Sequence record: DRR378314_363
DNA length: 38,633 nt
Reading direction: 5' to 3' (one strand)
Position 1 is the stretch's first letter. Every line of letters begins with the position of its first letter. Both the position numbers and the translations under genes were made by a program. The notes beneath the pieces are model-generated. The model saw nothing but the letters and a program-made list of their open reading frames with translations. It made no database searches and was not told the DNA's origin. Positions 20,031-29,364 of this stretch are shown piece by piece.

Positions 20031-20693
20031 TCACAGGCTCAACGCAAGAACCCGGCTGATTTCTGTCAGTGAACGCCCGGATTGTTCCATCCATGTGTTG
20101 AACGCCCCTTGAACTGCAGTCAACGCTTTCTTCGACGTGGCTGGTTTGTCGATGACCCCTTCGGCTATCAGCCGCGCAGTCACATCGCGGGACAGCATAA
20201 AACCGTCTCGTCCGGCAAAGCGCATCGCAAACTGAGCGGTCGTGCCGCCCAGCCGCGAACCACGTTTGCCCAGCATCGCCAGCAAGCCGATGAAATCGGT
20301 CGATGGCCAACCGCCCAGTACCGATCCTGCACCGCCTTCCTCTCGCAATTCCAGCAGGAAGGCTGCGTTGTCGCGTACCGCAGCGATCTTGGTTCCGTTG
20401 CGCACGATTCTTGTATCTTGCAGCAGAGAATCGAATTTTTCATCATCCATGAAAGCGCAGCGCCCGACATCAAAGCCGTTAAAGGCGGTCTCGAACCCGT
20501 CCCATTTTGCTTCGATGACCTTCCAGCTGAACCCCGCCTGAAAAACCGTTTTGGTGATGATTGACAGCCACCGATCCTCAGGCAAGCCAGCAAGCTCGGC
20601 CGCAGATTTCGGTTTTCCCAGTTTGGCCTCAAGCGCCTGGGCCCCGCCATGACGGTCGGCGGCCATTCTAAAAATGTCGTCAAAGTGATGCAT
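20031..20693 (-). CDS. DNA-3-methyladenine glycosylase I (Tag)-family protein, divergent
   Basis: FQAGFSWKVI, AFNGFD, IVRNGTKIAAVRDNA and GGTT align with the Tag core; N- and C-terminal Zn ligands are absent. Confidence 0.8.
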   Translation of the reverse strand: MHHFDDIFRMAADRHGGAQALEAKLGKPKSAAELAGLPEDRWLSIITKTVFQAGFSWKVIEAKWDGFETAFNGFDVGRCAFMDDEKFDSLLQDTRIVRNGTKIAAVRDNAAFLLELREEGGAGSVLGGWPSTDFIGLLAMLGKRGSRLGGTTAQFAMRFAGRDGFMLSRDVTARLIAEGVIDKPATSKKALTAVQGAFNTWMEQSGRSLTEISRVLALSL

Positions 20694-20782
20694 CGCCCGA
20701 TCCCTCCGCTCTGTAAGGTTGGTCTTATTCAGGCCGGTCTGGCAAGGCGATCATGGTAGTATTACGCTGGTGCAGTTTTATA

Positions 20783-20800
20783 ATTGACTGATCAATCAAT
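20783..20800. promoter_or_regulatory. BetI/TetR-type operator palindrome
   Basis: ATTGACTGA|TCAATCAAT (8 of 9 positions symmetric) in an AT-rich patch upstream of a betaine-family ABC transporter. Confidence 0.65.
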
Positions 20801-21031
20801 ATCCTTAACCTGTCCGAATGTACGGTACCGGGCGCATGCGTCACATTGCGGATGGGGCTGAGAGATAGGGTTGATGCGAAACCGGTGCAGAAAGTTGCGG
20901 CGGACGACACTGATCCCTTTCCTTTTCCAGCCGAATTTGTGCATGTTGCGACTGGTGCTGTCACCACGGAATTCCCCGGACGCGGAAGGGCGCGACCGAA
21001 GGGCACACAGAACAAAACAGGGAGCAAACTC

Positions 21032-21982
21032 ATGAAAAAGCTAAGCGTAAGCCTTTTGGCCATCGCCGTTGCCGGGTCGGCCCATGCCGCCGATATGGGC
21101 GCAGTGGACGAGCCGATCAAGCTGGCGATCAACGAATGGACCGGTCAGCATGTCACCACCCACGTGGCGGGCGAGATGCTGAAAGCCGCAGGTTACAACG
21201 TCGAATATGTGACCGCTGGCATGATGAACCAGTTCCAGGCACTGGCGGATGGCGATATCGACGCCACACTGGAAATCTGGTCGTCCAACGTATCCGATGA
21301 ATATGCCAAGAAAGTCGACGAAGGCACCGTGGTTGAAATCGGTGATCTGGGTCTGAATGCGAAAGAGGGCATTGCCTATCCCGCCCACGTGGCCGATCTG
21401 TGCCCTGGTCTGCCCGCTTGGGAAGCGCTGAAAGAATGTGCTCAGGTCTTTGCCACGGCTGAAACGCTGCCCGGTGGCCGTCTTGTCGACTATCCGGCGG
21501 ATTGGGGTACACCCGGTGCTGACCGTATGACCGGTCTTGAGCTGCCTTTTAAAGCCGTTCCTGCCGGTTCCGAAGGCGCTTTGATTGCCGAACTGCGCGC
21601 TTCGACTGAACGCAAGTCGCCGTTGCTGATCACCTTCTGGCAGCCGCACTGGGCGATGTCGGCTTATGACGTGCAGTTTGTGGAACTACCTGCGGGTGAG
21701 GAGGCGTGCTTTAACGATCCGTCCTGGGGTCCGAACCCCAATGCGATAAACGATTGCGACTTTTCGCCCTCGCGCATTTTCAAGGCCGGTTGGAGCGGTA
21801 TGGCTGACAAGTGGCCCGCCGCTTATGAAATCCTGACCAACTATCAGTTGGCCGTTGAGGATCAACAGCCGATGATGGGTGCGATCGACGTGGATGGCGG
21901 CGCGGTAGAAGAAGTGGTCGCGACATGGATGGCCGAGAACGAAGGCAAATGGCGTCCGGTTGTTGACGCGGCAACGCAGTGA
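21032..21982 (+). CDS. Glycine betaine/TMAO-family ABC transporter substrate-binding protein (TmoX paralog)
   Basis: Signal peptide; OpuAC-type NEWTGQ, LEIW, CPGLPAWEALKECAQVFATAET, FWQPHW; GGGAG RBS. Confidence 0.88.
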   Translation: MKKLSVSLLAIAVAGSAHAADMGAVDEPIKLAINEWTGQHVTTHVAGEMLKAAGYNVEYVTAGMMNQFQALADGDIDATLEIWSSNVSDEYAKKVDEGTVVEIGDLGLNAKEGIAYPAHVADLCPGLPAWEALKECAQVFATAETLPGGRLVDYPADWGTPGADRMTGLELPFKAVPAGSEGALIAELRASTERKSPLLITFWQPHWAMSAYDVQFVELPAGEEACFNDPSWGPNPNAINDCDFSPSRIFKAGWSGMADKWPAAYEILTNYQLAVEDQQPMMGAIDVDGGAVEEVVATWMAENEGKWRPVVDAATQ

Positions 21983-21992
21983 GCCAGCCTAA

Positions 21993-23042
21993 GTGATCGA
22001 CGTGAATACGCCAGCCATCGCCTGCCAGAATCTCTGGCAGGTGTTTGGCCCCGGTGCTGACAAAGCCCTGACCGACGCGCTGTCTCGGTCAGGGAATGAC
22101 GCCGACAAAGCTGCCACCGATCTGCGTGAACAAGGGTTCATACCCGCCGTTCAGGACGCCAATTTCGAGGTCAAAGAAGGCGAGCTCTTCGTCATCATGG
22201 GCCTTTCGGGCTCGGGTAAATCCACGCTGATCCGCTGCATTTCGCAACTGCTACCAGGCACGGGTGGGGAAATCCGTGTGGATGGCGAGAACGTCATCGG
22301 TGCCTCCAAGAAGGTGCTGACCGATCTACGCCGCAAAAAGCTGGGCATGGTGTTCCAGCATTTCGGCCTTTTCCCGCATATGACCGTGGCCGAGAACGTG
22401 GCTTATCCGCTGCGTGTACAGGGCGTGAGTAAAAAGGAACGCATGGCGCGCGCACAGGAAGTGATCACATTGGTCGGTCTTCAGGGGCGCGAAGACAGCT
22501 TCCCACGACAGCTTTCGGGTGGCCAGCGCCAGCGTGTGGGGATCGCACGCAGCCTTGCGGTGAATCCTGACATCTGGTTTCTGGACGAGCCATTTTCGGC
22601 CCTCGACCCGTTGATCCGCCGCCAGTTGCAGGATGAGTTCCTGCGCATTCAGGCGACGTTGAAGAAATCCATCGTCTTCATCACTCACGACATCCAAGAG
22701 GCGCTGAAACTGGCCGACCGGATCGCCATCATGCGCGATGGCAAGATCGTTCAGATCGGCACTCCCACGGATATCGTACTGCGCCCGGTGGACGACTACG
22801 TGCGCGAATTCTCGAAGGATGTGGCCAAAGGCCAGCACGCGAAAGTCGCCTCTGTCATGCGCGAAGATGAGGAGCGTGGTCCGGATGATCCGGGCCTGAC
22901 CACATCAATGACACTGGATGCAGCGCTTGCACATTGCATGAAGCTTTATGAGCCCGTGCCCGTCCGCGATGTAGACGGCAATATTGTCGGCACGGTGCAT
23001 CCGTCCGATCTGGCTGCAGCTTTGCAGGTGGATGAAGCATGA
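21993..23042 (+). CDS. Betaine/proline-family ABC transporter ATPase (ProV-like)
   Basis: MGLSGSGKST, MVFQHFGLFPH, LSGGQRQR, DEPFSALDPLIR. Confidence 0.93.
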   Translation: MIDVNTPAIACQNLWQVFGPGADKALTDALSRSGNDADKAATDLREQGFIPAVQDANFEVKEGELFVIMGLSGSGKSTLIRCISQLLPGTGGEIRVDGENVIGASKKVLTDLRRKKLGMVFQHFGLFPHMTVAENVAYPLRVQGVSKKERMARAQEVITLVGLQGREDSFPRQLSGGQRQRVGIARSLAVNPDIWFLDEPFSALDPLIRRQLQDEFLRIQATLKKSIVFITHDIQEALKLADRIAIMRDGKIVQIGTPTDIVLRPVDDYVREFSKDVAKGQHAKVASVMREDEERGPDDPGLTTSMTLDAALAHCMKLYEPVPVRDVDGNIVGTVHPSDLAAALQVDEA

Positions 23043-25102
23043 CTGCGGTGACGGACCTGCCTGTACCACAGGCGCGCTTGACCGCAGGGGCGCAGGCTGC
23101 GCTGATCACCGTGATTGTCGGCGCGGTTTGCCTCGCGCTCGAGGGCGTGGCCCCCTGGCTGGTCAAATGGCCCACCGCGTGGGAATTGCCTGCAACCCAA
23201 TGGGTCGGGGCGTTTCTGGACTGGTTTTTGAATGGCATCAAACCGGCCATGCGGCTGTTCTCGGATCTGATGACCTATCCGATGGACGCAGCCAACTACG
23301 CGCTGGGCAACACGCCTTGGCCAATCCTCATCGGTATCGTTACCGCCTTGGGCTGGTATCTGGGCGGTTTGCCGATGGCGGCGTTGGGCTTTATTGGCCT
23401 CAGCTTCGTGCTGGCCTCGGGCTATTGGGCTGAAAGCATGAATACGCTGGCCCTTGTCGCCGTATCTGTCCCAGTGGCGCTGATCATGGGCGGCGCGATA
23501 GGCATCCTCGCCAATGAGGTGCCCCGGGTGAAGGTGTTCATTCAGGCCGTGCTGGACATCATGCAAACCGTGCCGACATTTGCCTATCTGACGCCGCTGC
23601 TGCTGCTCTTTGGCTTCGGTCCGGTGGTTGGCCTGATCGCTTCGGCCATCTACGCAGCCCCGCCCATGGCGCGCAACGTGATGTTGGGGCTGGAACGGGT
23701 GGAGTCCGAGATCAAAGAGGCCGCCATCATGTCCGGCGGGACCCGTTTCCAACAGCTGTTTCAAGTCGAAATCCCAGCGGCCACGACGCAGATCATGGTC
23801 GGCGTGAACCAATGCCTGATGGCCGCCTTGTCGATGGTCATCATCGCTGCCGTCATCGGTGGCTTCAACGATATCGGCTGGGAGGTCCTGCTGACCATGC
23901 GCAAGGCGCAATTCGGTGAGTCCCTGATGGCCGGTCTGGTCATCGTTGTCTTTGCCGTTGTGATCGACCGGATGAGCGGCACTTTGGCGACTGAACGCAA
24001 ACGCTATGACAAGCGCGTCGTTTGGGCGGTGCTGGGTTTTGCGGTTCTGTTCACTGCGGCCTTCTGGGCCTGGCTGCCGAACCCGTCTGACCTGACCGTT
24101 CTGGACCCGATGGCGGGCGCGATTGACAGCAGTTTGACCGCGTTCACGCAGGCCAACGGGCCGTGGTTGGATGCGCTCAAGAACAACTCACTCTTCTATG
24201 TATTGTTACCTCTGCGGATCGGTTTGGATCAGGCGGTTCTGCCGTTCACATGGGGGTTCCAGTGGACCCCGAGCATGAGCTGGGGATTGTTCGCCGCAGG
24301 TGCAGCTGTTGCTCTGCTGATGGCATGGCGTGGACATCTGACCGGCGGGTTGGTTACTTTGATCCTGATCGGCATGCTGGAAACTGGCATCGCCAACCTG
24401 CCTTGGCCCTTTGTTCTGACCGGCGCTGCAGCGTTGGGTTGGGTCGCGGGTGGCTGGCGTCTTGCCGCGCTTTCTGTGGGGTTGCTGTGTACCATTCTCG
24501 TCTCGGGCTTGTGGGAGAGGGCGCTGCTGTCGCTCTACCTTAGCGGCGCAGCGGTATTCTCCTGCGCCGTACTGGGCGGGCTGATCGGTTTGGCCGGTGC
24601 GGTCTGGAAACCGGTCTGGACTATTGTCCGCCCGATTTGTGACATGCTGCAGACGATCCCGCTGTTCGTGTTCTTGATCCCGGTGTTGATGGTCTTCCAG
24701 ATCGGTGAGTTTTCGGCTTTCCTTGCGATATGTGCCTACGCAATCGTCCCGATGATCCGCTACACGCGCCACGGGCTGGTCAACACACCCGAGGAAATGA
24801 TGGAGGCCGCCATTTCCAGCGGCGCGACCGAGTGGCAGATCATGCGTGACGTGCGTGCGCCCTATGCTGCTCCGACCATCCTGCTGGGGTTGAACCAGAC
24901 CATCCTCTATGCCTTCGCGATGCTGGTGATCGCAGCGCTGATCGGCACCACCGGTCTGGGCCAGTCAATTTATCTGGCGCTGGGGCAGGCGGATGTCGGG
25001 CTTGGTATCTCGGCAGGGGCTGCCATGGCCATACTGGCCCTGATCGCCGATCGCATGGTGCAGGGCTTTGCCGAGGAACGTCGCAAAGCGCTGGGCCTTT
25101 AA
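23039..25102 (+). CDS. Betaine-family ABC permease with two fused ProW-like domains
   Basis: Two repeats: DIMQTVPTFAYL...EAA...GVNQ and DMLQTIPLFVFL...EAA...GLNQ; 687 aa. Confidence 0.92.
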   Translation: MTAVTDLPVPQARLTAGAQAALITVIVGAVCLALEGVAPWLVKWPTAWELPATQWVGAFLDWFLNGIKPAMRLFSDLMTYPMDAANYALGNTPWPILIGIVTALGWYLGGLPMAALGFIGLSFVLASGYWAESMNTLALVAVSVPVALIMGGAIGILANEVPRVKVFIQAVLDIMQTVPTFAYLTPLLLLFGFGPVVGLIASAIYAAPPMARNVMLGLERVESEIKEAAIMSGGTRFQQLFQVEIPAATTQIMVGVNQCLMAALSMVIIAAVIGGFNDIGWEVLLTMRKAQFGESLMAGLVIVVFAVVIDRMSGTLATERKRYDKRVVWAVLGFAVLFTAAFWAWLPNPSDLTVLDPMAGAIDSSLTAFTQANGPWLDALKNNSLFYVLLPLRIGLDQAVLPFTWGFQWTPSMSWGLFAAGAAVALLMAWRGHLTGGLVTLILIGMLETGIANLPWPFVLTGAAALGWVAGGWRLAALSVGLLCTILVSGLWERALLSLYLSGAAVFSCAVLGGLIGLAGAVWKPVWTIVRPICDMLQTIPLFVFLIPVLMVFQIGEFSAFLAICAYAIVPMIRYTRHGLVNTPEEMMEAAISSGATEWQIMRDVRAPYAAPTILLGLNQTILYAFAMLVIAALIGTTGLGQSIYLALGQADVGLGISAGAAMAILALIADRMVQGFAEERRKALGL

Positions 25103-25111
25103 GGCAGGGCA

Positions 25112-25129
25112 GGGGCGGGCAACCGCCCC
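25112..25129 (+). terminator. GC-rich hairpin with GCAA tetraloop after the ABC operon
   Basis: GGGGCGG-GCAA-CCGCCCC about 10 nt after the stop codon; weak U-tract. Confidence 0.5.
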
Positions 25130-25205
25130 AAACCCTACTTGATTTCGGACAAAGACCTGTGCCTCTGGCTGACCTAAGCCCGTGGCAACATGTTCGGAGG
25201 CTAAC

Positions 25206-25871
25206 ATGACCGGTTGGGGCCTATTCCTCGCGGCACTTGCCGCTTTCCTGCTGACCCATATGATCCCGGCGCGCCCCGCAGTGCGTGGCTGGTTGATCGG
25301 CACGCTTGGCCGTACGGGATATTTCGCCGCTTATTCACTGGTATCTCTGGCGGTTTTGGGCTGGCTGATCATCGCCGCTGCTAATGCGCCCTATGTTGAG
25401 GTGATCCCGCCGCTTATCCTTTTTCGCTGGCTACCTGTGCTGATCATGCCCGTCGTTTGCTGGTTGGCCATAGCAGGCCTGTCGATCCAAAACCCGTTTT
25501 CATTTGGCGGGCTGGGGCACCAACCTTTCGACCCAGCAAACCCCGGTATTCTGCGCACCACACGCCATCCGATCCTTTTGGCACTGCTGCTGTGGGCTGT
25601 CGCCCACCTGCTGGCAAATGGCAGCCTGTCGCATGTTATCTTGTTTGGCTTGTTCGCGGGTTTCGCTGGGATGGGCATGGTGCTGATCGACCGTCGTAAT
25701 GTGCGGGTTATGGGCCCGGAATGGCACCGCCTGTCCCGCAACACAGCGCGCCTGTCCCTGCGTGCGCCGCTCCCTTGGCCACGCCCTTGGGTTTGGCTGA
25801 CGGCCATCGCCACATATGCGGTGGTTTTTCATCTGCACGAAGCTGTGATCGGACTTTCTCCGCTGCCCTAA
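25206..25871 (+). CDS. nnrU: NnrU family membrane protein
   Basis: FLLTHMIP, YSLVSL, GILRTTRHP, WAVAHLLANG, IDRR; GGAGG RBS. Confidence 0.85.
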   Translation: MTGWGLFLAALAAFLLTHMIPARPAVRGWLIGTLGRTGYFAAYSLVSLAVLGWLIIAAANAPYVEVIPPLILFRWLPVLIMPVVCWLAIAGLSIQNPFSFGGLGHQPFDPANPGILRTTRHPILLALLLWAVAHLLANGSLSHVILFGLFAGFAGMGMVLIDRRNVRVMGPEWHRLSRNTARLSLRAPLPWPRPWVWLTAIATYAVVFHLHEAVIGLSPLP

Positions 25872-25942
25872 CGCACAAGAGTGGCCGAACTGCCCGGCCC
25901 GTGCTATCTGATCCATCACCATTCGAAATCTTGAGGTCTAAA

Positions 25943-26467
25943 ATGCATCTGGCCTATGTCACAACCACCGATCGCGGCGCGACAGACCGCCTGCTCAGCG
26001 CCTTTGCCGAGGCTTTGACAGACGCGGGGACGCCGTTGGCCGGTGTGGTGCAAACCAACACCGAATGTGCCGACGGGTATAAGTGCGATATGGACCTGAA
26101 GGTGCTGCCCACCGGTGAAACCATTCGCATCTCACAATCACTTGGCAAGAACGCACGCGGCTGCCGTCTGGACCCGGCCGAACTTGAGCGGGCGGTGGGG
26201 TTGGTGACCCAGTCGCTGAACAATGCTCCGCGATTGCTGATCATCAACAAGTTCGGCAAGCACGAAGCCGATGGGCGTGGATTTCGCCCAATTATCGCGG
26301 ACGCGTTAGAGCGCGGGATTCCAGTGTTGGTGGGTCTCAACCAGTTGAATATCGAACGGTTTCAGGAATTCGCCGACGGCATGGCCGACGCACTTGAACC
26401 GGACATCGATCGCTTGACGGATTGGCTTGGTAGCCTCAGCCAAATTGAAACGCAGCAGACCGCCTGA
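25943..26467 (+). CDS. DUF2478 family protein
   Basis: LAGVVQ, CDM, ISQSLG...GCRLDP, IINKFGKHEADGRG, GIPVL; GAGG RBS. Confidence 0.85.
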   Translation: MHLAYVTTTDRGATDRLLSAFAEALTDAGTPLAGVVQTNTECADGYKCDMDLKVLPTGETIRISQSLGKNARGCRLDPAELERAVGLVTQSLNNAPRLLIINKFGKHEADGRGFRPIIADALERGIPVLVGLNQLNIERFQEFADGMADALEPDIDRLTDWLGSLSQIETQQTA

Positions 26468-26625
26468 TTACCCGAAACTGGTCGCTGTACCGAATGCCCT
26501 TCGAGGCCTACACGAGAACGTGAAAAAAACTGGACATGACCCGTTGCATCGGGTCTAGCTTCGGCCAGGGAAGCAATCCGGCCGTCTGAAAGCGTAAAGA
26601 CACGCCGGTTTATTCGGGGCGTATC

Positions 26626-28068
26626 ATGAGCCATCCCCTGACAGGTTCGTACCCTTCGCCATCCAATGATTCCGGTCGGATCGGGTCGTTGGTGGAAACC
26701 GACACATTTTGGCTTTGGCTGTTCGGCGGCTATTTCATGCTGCACGTCGGCTTACGGATTGCAACCGGCGGAGCGCTGGGTCTGGATGAAGCCGAGATCC
26801 TGCTGGATGCCCGCGAATTGAGCTGGGGATACGGACCGCAACTGCCGCTTTACGTCTGGCTGCAATGGCTGGTTTTTCAGATCACAGGCCCTGGGTTGCT
26901 TGGGCTGTCATTGCTAAAGAACGGAATATTGCTGGCGACGGTAACTGCGCTTTATCTGACAATTCGAACCAGGCAAAATCCGGTAGTTGCGGGGATTTCG
27001 ATCCTGTCCTTGTTGATGCTTTATCAGTTCAGCTGGGAATCACAGCGGGCCTTGACGCATACGGTGCTCGCCAATCTATGCTCGGTCCTGAGTTTCGCGG
27101 TGATCTGGGGCCTGATCCGAAACCCCACGACAAGGGGATATGTTCTGCTCGGGGTGGTTATGGCGGCGGGTGGGCTATCCAAATACAACTATTCCATCGC
27201 GCTAATCGCCATACTTCTCGCAGCCCTTAGCGACCCGGAGACGCGTAAACCCGTTTTGTCAGTCCGAATTTTGCTGTCAGCCGGACTCGCAGCCCCGCTG
27301 ATGTCGGCCCCCATGATGTGGATCCTGAACAATCAGGCCATAGCGTTTGAGAGCGTGCGCAAACTCGACATGGCTGATGACGGGCTCACATTAATGACCA
27401 CCGCGCAGGGCTTGGCCGAGCTTGTCTTGGCTGCCTTGGGGTTCGTGGCGCTGCTGCTCTTGGTCATGGGGCTTCTCTGGCTGATCTACCGGCGGCAGGC
27501 GACGTCAATCGCTGCCGATGATCTTCTACGTTTCATGTTGCGAACCGTGTTTTGGGCGTTGGTTCTGATGGGGCTGCTTGTGATCATCAGCGGCACAACC
27601 AATGTAAAAGACCGCTGGCTGCAACCATCTTTGCTGTTTGCTGGTCCAGCGATTGTGCTTTGGCTTTCCCCAAAGATTAGACAGTCCGGTATGCGCCGAT
27701 TCAGCCAGATCGGCGCCGGGCTGGCCGGGTTGATCGTCATGGGTATGCTGCATCATAACCTTGCCGGGAACGCCAAGCGCGCCGCCCCATTCGCCGTGCT
27801 TACACCACAAATATTAGAACAGACCCCACCCGAAAGCATGATCGTCGCCCATAATTGGCTGGCGGGAAATATGGCCTATCTGGCCATTGATCGGCCAATT
27901 CATAGCGACCGGGATTTGAGCCTGACTGGCCCGATCTTGCGGGTTTGGGAGGCGGGCCGGAAGGCCCCTAAAGACATCGACCCGGCCACCGTTGTGACGT
28001 TGACAGCCCCTTATCGATTTGACGACGGCGAGGTGATGTCGCTGTCCTTCGCCCCGGCCATAAAGTAG
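26626..28068 (+). CDS. GT-C membrane glycosyltransferase (GT39/ArnT/RgtA-C-like)
   Basis: LDEAE...WGYGPQLPLYVW loop, GLSKYN, RWLQP; about 12 TM segments. Confidence 0.82.
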   Translation: MSHPLTGSYPSPSNDSGRIGSLVETDTFWLWLFGGYFMLHVGLRIATGGALGLDEAEILLDARELSWGYGPQLPLYVWLQWLVFQITGPGLLGLSLLKNGILLATVTALYLTIRTRQNPVVAGISILSLLMLYQFSWESQRALTHTVLANLCSVLSFAVIWGLIRNPTTRGYVLLGVVMAAGGLSKYNYSIALIAILLAALSDPETRKPVLSVRILLSAGLAAPLMSAPMMWILNNQAIAFESVRKLDMADDGLTLMTTAQGLAELVLAALGFVALLLLVMGLLWLIYRRQATSIAADDLLRFMLRTVFWALVLMGLLVIISGTTNVKDRWLQPSLLFAGPAIVLWLSPKIRQSGMRRFSQIGAGLAGLIVMGMLHHNLAGNAKRAAPFAVLTPQILEQTPPESMIVAHNWLAGNMAYLAIDRPIHSDRDLSLTGPILRVWEAGRKAPKDIDPATVVTLTAPYRFDDGEVMSLSFAPAIK

Positions 28069-28273
28069 ATTTTCTTATTCTTAAGCTGTGCAGGAAAGCC
28101 GCCTTGAGCGTCAGATGCCTGTCTGCCCGCCCGGAAAGATGCGGAACCGGGGCGTTTCATTGCCGCGTTTTCCCTGCATCTGGGGGACCCTGGGGCAAAA
28201 ATCGCATGAAATGTTGAGTGCTCAAGGCCAATCCAAGATCTCTGAATCGGGCGGAAGTCTTCTGATCCCATCG

Positions 28274-29302
28274 TCAGGAAAGATCCGGGGCGGCGGCTAA
28301 AGAATGACGAATGACAAGCCTGGTATTTATGCAAATCGAACGCCCTTCGGATTTACCTTCAACCATTGCGATCAATTCAAGCGCTGCCTTGCGTCCCATT
28401 TCGCGATGTGGAACATGAACGGTGGTCAGGGCCGGGCTTACAATTTCTGCTAATTCGATGTCATCGAAACCGGTTATCGAAACCTGATCGGGGATTTGAA
28501 TGCCAAGCCTGTGTGCCTCGCGCAGGGCTCCGGCGGCAAGTACATCATTGCCGCAAATCACCGCCGTCGGCCTTGGCCTGACGTCCATGAGCTGCCTAAA
28601 GGCGTCGGCACCCTTCTCAATGTCGTATGTCGTTTCAATCAGTGTCAACGCGTCCGCGTCGAGATCATTTTCAGCCATGGCATGTTTGACGCCCTCGACC
28701 CTACTTTGTGCACGGTCATTGCCTTGTGTTTTCCCCGAGATCATTGCGATCCGTCGGTGGCCTGCCGAAATCACCCTCTGGGCCAGTTCCCCCATGGCAT
28801 CCGTGTTGCTGAAACCGACAGAAGGTCGCGGCATCGTTGGATCGTAGGACCACGCAACCAGCGACGGAATCTGGTGCTGTTCGAGATACTTGTAGATACC
28901 TGCGTCCCGCGCAAACCCAATCAGAAGCAACCCGTCCGCGCCACGGGCCACGAGGGTGCGTATCTGTTCCTGCTCGATATCAGGGTCGTAGGCAGAGCTG
29001 GACACCAGGAGCGTATATCTACTCTCGCGAAGCTGATCCTGAAACTCCTGCAGCCCGCGCGCAAAGATCGCATTATCCATGGTTGGAATTATTGCACCGA
29101 TCGTAAAGCTGCGATTCGCCGCCATCACTCGGGCTGCGAAATTCGGAGTGTAGCCCAGCGATTCGACCGCGTGCATAACGCGCTTGCGGGTGGATTCGAT
29201 CACCTGTTTGGGTGAGTTCAGGCAGCGCGAGACCGTCGCGGTCGAAACACCCGCCGCCTTTGCGACGTCGTTAAGTGTCGGAGCTGAGCGGGTTTTTCCC
29301 AT
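28274..29302 (-). CDS. hpsR: LacI-family transcriptional regulator of the DHPS cluster
   Basis: TLNDVAKAAGVSTATVSRCLN HTH, YTPNFAAR hinge, SITGFDD, LTTV; divergent from hpsKLMNOP. Confidence 0.88.
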   Translation of the reverse strand: MGKTRSAPTLNDVAKAAGVSTATVSRCLNSPKQVIESTRKRVMHAVESLGYTPNFAARVMAANRSFTIGAIIPTMDNAIFARGLQEFQDQLRESRYTLLVSSSAYDPDIEQEQIRTLVARGADGLLLIGFARDAGIYKYLEQHQIPSLVAWSYDPTMPRPSVGFSNTDAMGELAQRVISAGHRRIAMISGKTQGNDRAQSRVEGVKHAMAENDLDADALTLIETTYDIEKGADAFRQLMDVRPRPTAVICGNDVLAAGALREAHRLGIQIPDQVSITGFDDIELAEIVSPALTTVHVPHREMGRKAALELIAMVEGKSEGRSICINTRLVIRHSLAAAPDLS

Positions 29303-29364
29303 GCGGTGCCTGTGGTTTATCTGAAATCTGTCTTATCACAAAAAAGCATATTTGCCATCCATTC

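Noticed and set aside
20850..21010. Possible TPP or glycine riboswitch in the ABC transporter leader (GCTGAGA, CTGATCC, CCGAAGG fragments)
   Set aside because: Required pairing and the other conserved elements (ACCTGA..TAAT..GCG..GG for TPP; GGAGA..CTCAGG for glycine) are not present. An Infernal search would settle it.
28069..28273. Small ORF (28088-28300) or att site between the GT-C gene and hpsR
   Set aside because: No RBS or motif, overlaps the hpsR 3' end, and no copy of the tRNA 3' end is visible.
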